Assembly (NCBI RefSeq): GCF_009914755.1
Contig: NC_060939.1
From: the human T2T-CHM13v2.0 reference genome, Homo sapiens
Length of the DNA stretch: 64,000 nucleotides
Reading direction: 5' to 3' (one strand)
A program made the position numbers and the translations under genes. The notes under the pieces were generated by a model. The model made no database searches, had not been told where the DNA came from, and was given only the letters and a program-made list of their open reading frames with translations. Below, in pieces: positions 33,260 to 64,000 of the stretch (the stretch's first letter is position 1; the number at the start of each line of letters is the position of its first letter).

Positions 33260-34298
33260 CAGCCTCCTAGAGGCCACATTCTATTCTTTAAAGAGCCTGT
33301 CTTCCTTCATATCCAACCTGGCTGTCAGAGGACCCAGTTGTCTCCAAGCTCCCTAGTTGTGAAGATGGGGCAACCATCCTGGCATTCTCAGAAGCTTAAT
33401 GCCATGGTGCTCACTATAAATGGCTGTGTAAGGTCACCTCTCCTTTCCTTTTCACTCCTGTGCCCTCCCATCGAGGAACTTCAAGTGTGGCCTCATTACC
33501 TCTATGCCATCCTGTACATCCAGATCTGGTGGGCCTTCCAAGGTTGCAGCTTGCATGCCTCACTCTACAGACCAGAAGCCTCCCTCCAATCCAGATGGTT
33601 TCTCACCATTCCCTTAAAATACACTGAACTTTCCAGCCCCCTTACCTTTGTTTGCACAGGTAAGGAAGAATGCCCCTACCCCAGGTCAGGAAGGCCTTCC
33701 CTCTCTCCTACCTCCACATTTCAAAGCCCACCCTTTCTTCCAAGCCAGCTGAAGCCCCACCATCTCCAAGAAGCCTTCTCTAAGGCCTATTAGGAAGAAA
33801 GAGGTCCTTCCTTTTTGCATACTGTCCCCTTCTCAACCACCTCATGGGCCTCACCATATCTTGCCTATTGGCAGCAATTTATGGGCTGGCCCTTTATCTC
33901 TCCAACCAAACTATAAGCTATTCAGGGCAGACCCAACACTTCTACACCTCTAGATTCTTCCACCCCATTTCTTATGACCTGTGTCTTACACGGACTGGCA
34001 TTGGCACACATTTTAGGGATACCTATAGTCCAAGTGTTCCTGACTCTCTCCTCAGCCCCATGTCTTCAACCAAGGCCTCTCCCTGCACAAGTAACCAGGC
34101 CCTGAACAGCCTGCTTGCTGTAAAACCCTTTCTGCCTAGTCAAATCCCACATCCAGGATCCTCTCCACTCCCAGCCCCCCAGGCTTCTCACACTGCCAAT
34201 ATCTATTCTAGTTCTAGACCCCTTAGCCAGGCCTGTCCACAGTCCACCATACCCAAATGTGCTCTACTCACAGCTACTCCCTGGTGGGGGAGGTGGCA

Positions 34299-34364
34299 CT
34301 GGAGTCAGTGGCTATTGGGCACCTCCCAGTGCCCTGGAGTCAGTGGCTATTGGGCACCTCCCAG
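34299..34364 (+). repeat. 35-bp period tandem duplication
   Basis: ctggagtcagtggctattgggcacctcccag occurs twice, separated by tgcc. Confidence 0.9.
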
Positions 34365-35091
34365 GCTGAGGTGGGGTGGGGGGGCAGCGGTGACTATAAA
34401 AAAGGATCTGGGATCACTCAATATACCCTTATAACAAACCTGCACATGTGCCCCTGAATCAAAAATTAACCTTAGCTTACTGTGATTTGTTTGCTTTATA
34501 AACCTTTTAAATTTTAAAAAAGAAAGAGAAGGAGCTGGGGATGATCTGAGCGCCTCTCTTCTTCCCCCACCTCCTTCACCAGACTGCGCACTTGAGTAAC
34601 GGAGTCAGGGCTCCGCATCTAAGGGGTGCACACCCAGGTCCAAGTCGAAGTCCAGAAGGATGGGAAGAAAGACCCAACCTGATGCCTCGCCCCACTGGGG
34701 AGGGGAGGAGGGCGCTGAGCGAGCCGGGAACCTCGCAGGCCTGAAGCCGCCCGCCTCGACCCGGGGCGTCCAGCGTGGTGAAGTGCGGGCGTGGAGCTCG
34801 CCCTCTATCCGGCTGGAAGGGTCTGCGTTTTGATTTGTGAGGATCTCTGCATGTGTCGCGCTCCCTGGTTCCTTACGGGAAGGCCGAGGCCGCTAGGAAG
34901 GGTTGCACGGCCGGACTCCTAACAGCGGCTCTCTGGCCTGGCGGGAGCAGAGGGGCGCTCACATCCGCAGCCCCGGGATCTTAGAGACAGAGCGCTCCGC
35001 TCCGGCAGCGGCGCCGCGCCCATTGGCTGGGCTCCTCCTCGCCCCGCCCAGCGACCGGCCCGCTCAGAGCCTACGCATGCGCACGAGCACC

Positions 35092-35109
35092 CCGCCGCCG
35101 CCGCTGCCG

Positions 35110-35139
<30 letters not shown>
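35092..35139 (+). repeat. Interrupted CCG repeat (CCG)4 CTG (CCG)2 CCA (CCG)8 in the DISP2 leader
   Basis: Read directly; ends 43 nt before the ATG. Confidence 0.95.
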
Positions 35140-35142
<3 letters not shown>

Positions 35143-35182
35143 CTTCAGCACCAGCGCCCGGACAGCGGTGCCGCCCACGGGC

Positions 35183-47180
<11,998 letters not shown>

Positions 47181-47886
47181 GGGGGACCCGGGGAGGCTGG
47201 ACAGGGCGCGGAACCCTGTCATGGATGACAAGGCAAGGGCAGCAATAGGCTGGAGCCCGAAGGTATTTCTCCAGATCCACAGGGAGAGGTCTCACCCTCC
47301 AGCTGTGGATGTTAAACCCTGCCAGATGTCCCAGCCTTGATCTGTCTGCTCCTACTCCTCACATCTGGAGGATTCCAGCAGGAGGGGTTTTGGAGGGGAC
47401 CTGCTTGCGACCTGCTGAGGGCTTGTCTGCTCCCACAGCACCATCTAAGACCCCTCCTCTAGAAGTGGGGAAGGCCAGATGTGTAGCTTCGGGTATCAGA
47501 GGAGGCTGACCTGGCCCCCATCCCAAGTTACAAGAACTTCAGTGAGACTAAGGGACCCCCATCCTAGGGATCTTGTCAGGGTTCCTTACTGACCAGAGGA
47601 GCCCGCAGCAATCTCCACAGCCTCCTGGGTCTCACCCCTTTCATGGGCTCTTCATCAGGACACTTCCCTCTCTTTTGGGAGCTTCTCTGGGCAGAATTGG
47701 GCTGGGACCTCTCTCCCCAACTGCCCTGCTCTCCTCATACTCACCGGTTTGACCAGAAATTGTCCAAATCCAGCCATAGATGGCTGCTGGGTGTGCAGCA
47801 GGAGAAGGAGGATGGTCAGCCTTGGAGCATCTCTCAATTACGGGACAGTCCCTCTTTGGAAGCAGGCTCCTGTGCTTTCCTGTGTT

Positions 47887-47892
47887 AATAAA
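47887..47892 (+). terminator. DISP2 proximal poly(A) signal
   Basis: First AATAAA, ~700 nt after the stop, followed by U-rich sequence. Confidence 0.7.
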
Positions 47893-50175
47893 CAGTAATA
47901 ATCCTTTCCATCTCTGCACATTTTAGTCTCCTTGGAATCTATCTCACTACTTCACTACAGGGTAGCCTGACATTGGTCAGGTTCTTTTGACACCCAATTT
48001 ATAGGTAAAGACATTGAGACTAAGTAAGATGAACTGACCTCAGGGTCACTTAGCCACTAAATGGCAGAGCGGTTTCATTCCACCACTACAACCTCCAGTT
48101 TCCCTTTGGCTACCTGCCTTCTTTCACCGCTAGCACCCTCCTCCAATCTGCTTTCTCTGGTGTCTCTGACTGAATCCAGCCACCCTCTTTGGGCCTCCAC
48201 TTCCTGAGAGAGCTGTATTCCAAAAAAACCCAGGAGTTCCTCTCCATCTCCCCCGTGCCTCCCTCTGGAATCTGGCTGAGATGTCTGCTGGCCCTGGGGC
48301 GTCCTAGCTGACCTGATTCCCAGGCTTCAGGACCGTGCCTCTTCTACAGCCACAGTGTATAAGAGGCCCCACCAGAAGAGGTACTGAGGGGCAGAAGAGG
48401 TGAAGCCAAATCCAATCAAGGCAGGAACTCAGACCTGCCCTTTGGGAAGTGTATGAGTCTGAAGCTGCTTCCCAGGTTAGGGTCCCCAGCTTTTTAAGGA
48501 CAAGTCTCTCTGTGGAGCGTTAAGCAGACCAAAGGCTGGTTCCTCCTTCCCAAACTTCCTGGTAGGGAAGTTTTATCCCATGTGAGAGCTCATGACACCA
48601 GGTGGCATCAACATGTTTATTGAACACCTACTTTGCATATGGTATTACAAGGGGACAGAGGTGTGGAAGAAAAATTGAACACCACCCTCAAAGAGCTCAC
48701 CTTCTAGCTGGGGAGACAGCTTATGCACACATGCAGGCATCGGATGGCTCACGGACGGCACCATATGCCTGCCATCATCATTATTGTTGGAGCTCAAGTA
48801 CCCAGGACTGGGTAACAAGAAAGGCTTTCTGGAGGAGGAAAAACTTGAGCTGGGCTTCAGAAGACCAAGCGTCTCAGACTGGAAGGGGCCTTGGCGATCG
48901 TTTATTCCAGCAGTTTTCAAATTTTGTAGCCTCAGGACTCTTTCTTCAAAGAAGCTCTGTGTGGAAAAACAATATATAAAACAGGTAAAAGGCAGCTACT
49001 CTGGTGGGCGCTGGGTGTTGGGGGTGGAGTCAGCTTAGCCTGTCTTTCCACTGCAGCCTCTCCGGGTATCTGGGGAACCCCTCCGGCTCCTGGCAGCTTC
49101 ACAGAATGTAATATGAAAGCTACTGATCCAGGCTATTTTACAGAGGAGTATCAGGAAAGGGAAGGGATTGTTCTAGGGCCAAATAGTCTGTGGCAGAGCT
49201 GGAGGCAAATCAGATGATGTTTTTGTTTTATTTAGTTTTTTATTATTGAGACCTACTTCCTACTCCAAGTAGCCCATGAGAAGTGGAGCAGAAACCGAAA
49301 AGAGACATGGGAGTTGTGGAAGAGACAGAAGGCAATAGGCAGGTACGGCAGGATACCTTGGCTCCTTTGCAAGATAAGTAAATCAAGATGAGTAACTCCT
49401 GACACCAGGAAGGGGAAGCTGGAACCTAATTTGAACCTGTCCCCAGGGGGTCTGCTGGGACCTCTCTCTTCATGTCCAGGTAGCATTCGGCCTCTCTGAC
49501 CTAGAGCTGCTCATCAGCCCTGGTTTCTCTGATAATGGTGTCCCTCTGTCATCATGCAGCCAGGCTGAGAGAGCCCTGGTATCCTCAGGGACAATGAGCC
49601 ACAGGGAGGTTAAGGGAACTCTTCCTCCCAAGCATGAGCAGAAGACACTTTGCCTGAACATAACCACTGAAATGTTAGAATGCAGAGGGGTGGATGGGTG
49701 GGCATGAGGGATCTGAGCACACCCGAGGGCCCTACCTGGGGATTTCCAGGTCATATTCTTGCAGGCTGTGGCCACACAACACTTCAGGAAGGTGAATGAG
49801 CCATAGCAGCTGATGCATTGATTAGATTTGTTCTTTATGTTGCCAGGCCCAGAAGAACCCAGCAGTAATCTAAAACATTACCTTATACCTAGAATGGCCC
49901 AAACCAACAGCAGGCAATCCACATCAGCAGGAAATCCAGCCTGCCTCTCTAGCCCTGACTTTGGAATGTGGAACTTAAAGCACTTCCTATTTCCTTTGAG
50001 TTGCAGCAGATCCTTTGCTTTATTATTATTAGGGGCACTTACAATGAGTGTATGGCCCTGGAGACATGGCTTACAAGCACGCTGTGAGGCATACAAAAAT
50101 GAGTCAAAGCACTTATGCTTGCCCTGCAAAATTCAAGAAATGATTTCTCCCCACTCAGACACTCTAATAGAACTA

Positions 50176-51005
<830 letters not shown>

Positions 51006-51072
51006 TTAGATTTTACTGATATATAGCATATCCCATACCATGATATGCGGGCAATATTCCAGCTTGAGACAA

Positions 51073-51292
51073 TTTTTTTTTTTTTTTTTTGAGACAGAGT
51101 CTTGCTCTGTCGCCCAGGCTGGAGTGCAGTGGCACAATTTCGGCTCACTGCACTAATTTTTTGTATTTTTAGTAGAGACAGTAGAGTATTTTTAGTGTTA
51201 GCCAGGATGGTCTCGATCTCCTGACCTCATGATCCGCCTGCCTCGGCCTCCCAGAGTGCTGGGATTACAGGCATGAGCCACCGCGCCTGGCT
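51073..51292 (-). mobile_element. Internally deleted Alu
   Basis: Reverse Alu lacking part of the right monomer; TSD tgagacaatttt. Confidence 0.85.
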
Positions 51293-51434
51293 GAGACAAT
51301 TTTTAAAAAGACATTTCTCAAGAGAGTTATAAGCCAAAATTTCCCTAGCCCCCTCCAACTCATTCTGTCCTTCTCCCAGTGCATGTCAGGACAGGGAAGA
51401 AGGCTTTAAATCAGATTTTAAGAAAGAGGATACA

Positions 51435-52103
<669 letters not shown>

Positions 52104-53383
52104 CTGATCTTTTCTTTGACGGTGGCAGTATCTCATTTTTTGATAATACACATGGGTAATGGCAAGCTCTTGGGACCCCATGCCAAGCATCAAGATCCCA
52201 TTTACCTGGTGATAGGAAAGACAGACATTCCTCACCCTTTCTACCCACACCCTTGTTCACAGGGATGACTGTAACTAAGGTCTGCAGGTATTTATGCTTA
52301 GGAGAAGAAATCGTAGTTCAATTCACCAGGAATATGAGAAACAAAAGAAAGCCACTATGTGCTATGTAAATGTCTGGCCATCCAAAGCCACCTTATGCAG
52401 AGGAACACTGGAAGGGCCTTGATAAATTTCTCATAATTATTATCGGGCCTCTTTGTGATTACTCACATTTTTCTCAATATAGGGGAAAGATCAGCATTTT
52501 ACCAAATCCACAACCATCAAACAAACAAGAGCTTTAATATTGCTAAAGAAAATCACACAGCTGAGCAGATTGATGTAGATTTGAATTCATGACCACCTAT
52601 CTTAACTGGACCCTCAGCTCTGCCTAGCTAGTATTCATTCTAGCTACTAGTTTTGATTATTTGTATTGACTCTTTTATATTTTCTCCACCTTCCTCAAAT
52701 ATCTCACCTTCCCCCACCCCTCAGTGGACAAAAAAAAAAAAAAAATTCTTCATGAAGAAAACTGAAGCCTTCAAATAGAAATTTCCTCACCTTCAAGGCA
52801 CCAAAGCCGCAACTTACCTACCCCCGCTCCTGCCTGCTCCTCTCCCCATCCCTTCTGCTACAACGAAGGAAGCAGTAATGGCTCCATCAATGGCTTCTCA
52901 CACTTGGTGTCAGAGGCCTTCACACGAGGGTTTGCACTCCCCTACAAGGACATGAAGACTTTCTAGAAGGTAGGTGGACACAGATAGTTTTAAAGTAATC
53001 AGTTTCCAGAGCCGCCTTCTCCATATGTTCCCCTCCTTATATTGGTGGGCCTAAGAAGCCACAGGCCTGACAGCTGTCCTTCCCAACTTCCACTTTCCCA
53101 GTTGCCTCCCCTCCCTCATTCTGAATCCTACTCTGGCTCCTTGCTCTGCGCTGTAAAAAACAAATAAAAGGGCCACTTGAGAATGCTCTGCTTGAGGAAG
53201 TCCTTGAAAGAGCAAAGCCTGGAGAGCTTCTTTGAGAAAGTTCACAGGGGCAGCCCTGTGGCTCAGTTCTGTGCCTTCTTCATTTAAGAATTCAAATTCA
53301 TTGACATGTTATATTGTAAAATATATAAATATATATTAAAAAGGAAAAAATAATAAAAATTTTTAAAAATAATTCAACTTCAG

Positions 53384-54010
<627 letters not shown>

Positions 54011-54237
54011 TAAAGAAGAATTTAAACTGAAAGTGAGATGGTTGACACAGGATACATATTAACCACATTGATTTGAATGGAAAAATAAAATCAGACTTTT
54101 TCTGTTAGAAGGTCAGAATTGGCTCACAGGTTTGACAGAGAGGATAGTCTTTGCAAGTAGGATGTATGGTGGACATTTTCCCTAAAATGGAATAACTTTA
54201 ATCTGCAGCTCCACAGTTTGAACAAAAACAGACTGAA

Positions 54238-55985
<1,748 letters not shown>

Positions 55986-55991
55986 TACAAA

Positions 55992-56870
<879 letters not shown>

Positions 56871-57516
56871 AAGTAAACTTAAATTTTAGGTATCAAGTGA
56901 AAACAGGCAAGAGGGTTTTTTTATTTTTTTATTTTGTGGGGGCGCATGAATAAAGGAATTTAAAGATGCTACTCTGGATCCCATCTTCCTTCTTCCTTGC
57001 TCCTGAGTATCCTTTCCCTCTGTTCTGCTGGCTCGTTCCTATCAGCACACATATCCACAGCTTTAAGGAAAGCTTCCTTTGACCCCCATAACCCATCTCC
57101 AGTTACTGCCCAGTTGCTCTGCTCTTTTTGCAACAGACGCCTGGAGTTCTGCCATCTCTGCTTCCTCATCTCCCACGTACTCTTCAACCCATGCCCATGT
57201 GACTGCCACTCCAAACGCTCCACCAGCATTCCTCTTGCTAGACTCATCATGACTTCTCTGTTGCTAAATTCATTGGATGCTTTTCGTTCTCATTCTGCTT
57301 GCCCTTTCAACTATTTTCAATAGTTCACCACTCCCTCCTTCAGCAGCTTGCCACTTCCTCCTTGGATTTTGGAACACCACCCTTTTTTGTTTTCTTCTCA
57401 CCTCTCTGGCACTTCTTTATCAGGTTTCTTGGCAAGCACCTTATTACCATTGCAACTTTTAAATGCAGGTGTCCCTGTCCTTGGCCCAAAGGCTCTCTGC
57501 ACACTTCTTCTCTTGA

Positions 57517-57908
<392 letters not shown>

Positions 57909-58147
57909 AAATATCAAGATTTTAAGTACATTCATATGTCAACAACTCCCAAGGGTGTATCTCCAATCCAGGCTCTCTTCTGGGCTCAGGGCCTGTATTT
58001 CCAATTGCCTACTTGACCACTCCACCGGAATGCCTCAAAGATATGTCGAGGTTTTCCACGTTCAAAACCCAACTCTCAATCTCCCCCAGCAGAAAATAGT
58101 GACTCTATCCACACAATTATTCAAGCCCAATTATTCGAAAAGAAAAA

Positions 58148-58775
<628 letters not shown>

Positions 58776-59112
58776 AATTGGATGACACTCTCCTGCTATA
58801 ATACTTCAGTGGCTTTCCATTACTTTTAGATAAAATCTAATCTCTATACCTTGGCCTGTAAAATCTGTCTTTTGACTGCTTATTTCTCCAGCTTTATCTG
58901 TACCACTCTCTTCCTATCTTTCTGTGCCTATAGAAGAACCCATTTCTGCCTTGGGACTTTGCATTTTCCCCTTTCCCCAATGAAATTAACTCCCTCTCCT
59001 TCCTTAATCAAACATCATCTCAGAGAGGTCTTCCCTGAGCCCCCAATATAATCTAAGTTTCCCTGCTTTTCTATCTTATACGATTTTGTACTTTTTCTTC
59101 ATAGTGTGTGTG

Positions 59113-59407
59113 TTTTGGTTTGATTTTTGAGATCACGCTCTGTCACCCAGGGTGAAGTGCAGTGGCGCGATCTCCGCTCACTGCAACCTCTGCCCCGCCC
59201 AGGGTCACATAATTCCCCCACCTCAGCCTCCAGGGTAGCTGGGACTACAGGAGCATGCCACGACACCTGGCTAATTTCTGTATTTTTTGTAGAGACGGGG
59301 TTGCACCATGTCGCCCAGGGTGGTCTCAAACTCCTGGACTCAAGCAATTCACCCGCCTCCACCTCCCAAAGTGCTATAATTACAGCTGTGAGCCACTGTG
59401 CCCAGCC
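59113..59407 (-). mobile_element. AluJ
   Basis: Diverged reverse dimer. Confidence 0.85.
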
Positions 59408-60029
59408 TTCTTCACAATTTCACCACAATCCGTAAATATATATTTATTTATGTGATTATTTGTTCACTGTCTGTTTTCTAAGTTGTAAACTCCAGGAGGG
59501 CAGAGCCAAGGTCAATCTTGATATTTGCCCTCCCTCACTCCCTTCCACCCACTGAGAACACTGTTGGGTAATCAGCAGGTACTCAATAAATGCCAGATGA
59601 AATGAATGAGCTAGTGCATTTAGTAATGGAAGCTACCCTGTTTATTGGGAGTAGCTTTGAATCACTACTGAAAATCTGGATAAGTGCTATTAAAATTAGG
59701 ACCTCAGGTAGGTGCCTCAGGTATCTCAGCCCATAGGTCCTTTTCTTCAAGCCTCACCTGCCACTCTCCACCTGTAACGTGTAGTTTTCATCCAAATAAC
59801 CTGTGCTCCTGGCAATATCCCTAACAATCCCAAACTAAATAAAGAGGATTGTGACATGGACCCTAAATGTCGCCACGTTTGCGTCTCCATCCCGGAATAT
59901 GACGCTGGTAGCTCATTAGCTCCATTCAAGCCTACAAATTGCATCACCCTCCTCCTCTGCCCAGACCTGGGGGCTCCAACACCTTTCGCTAGGTCTGGCT
60001 CTGGCCTCTGAGCGAACCTTCCGTACAGT

Positions 60030-63688
<3,659 letters not shown>

Positions 63689-64000
63689 GTGAGAACGGAT
63701 CATTAGTATCCAGTTAGAACATCTTCCTAGAAATTGCTCAATACAAAGAATTAGAAAACAGAGTTTTGGACAACACAAGTCTCCTGAACAACTGGCCTTC
63801 AATCAGTGGCCCAGAGCAGTGCAGCATTGCTGAGCTCTGTGCCAGAACCCTCTGTGTTGATCTTTCTGAAGAGACACAGCCAGAGTTATAAGAGGTGTTC
63901 TTTCCTCTTTCATCGCTTGCTCTGAGCATACAAGTGGCAGCACTGTAGTCATACAGCAACCCTGAGGGGTAGTCATGCAGGGTGGGGACTAGTTGTTATC

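Noticed and set aside
33224-34434. Consecutive 189-aa and 196-aa ORFs after PHGR1
   Set aside because: They extend beyond the poly(A) signal, include L2-like sequence and show no protein features.

Overview
Human genomic DNA, recognised from the encoded proteins as the 15q15.1 cluster. Gene order: INAFM2 (+, single coding exon, 153 aa), CCDC9B/C15orf52 (-, 11 coding exons, 534 aa), PHGR1 (+, 82 aa, with an 8-nt microexon), DISP2 (+, 8 coding exons, 1401 aa) and the 5' part of KNSTRN (+, exons 1-3). I rebuilt each exon chain by hand from GT-AG sites and each sums to an intact frame. The window also holds a 5S rRNA pseudogene, CpG islands, about 25 Alus (one very young AluYb), DNA transposon fossils (Tigger3, MER5A, MER81) and L1/L2/MIR remnants. 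This is a well-studied locus and I cannot demonstrate a new biological system. The best unexplained candidates, all hypotheses, are: (1) a microexon/GC-donor frame switch giving access to all three open frames of the PHGR1 repeat exon; (2) an in-frame INAFM2 uORF separated from the main CDS only by a UGA-C stop; (3) a stop-free in-frame KNSTRN intron 1, with promoter motifs inside coding exon 1; (4) a CCDC9B 3' end assembled from a 5S pseudogene and an L2-derived poly(A) signal; (5) a non-canonical REST site next to a CCG repeat in the DISP2 leader, and loss of the TM4 acidic motif in DISP2.
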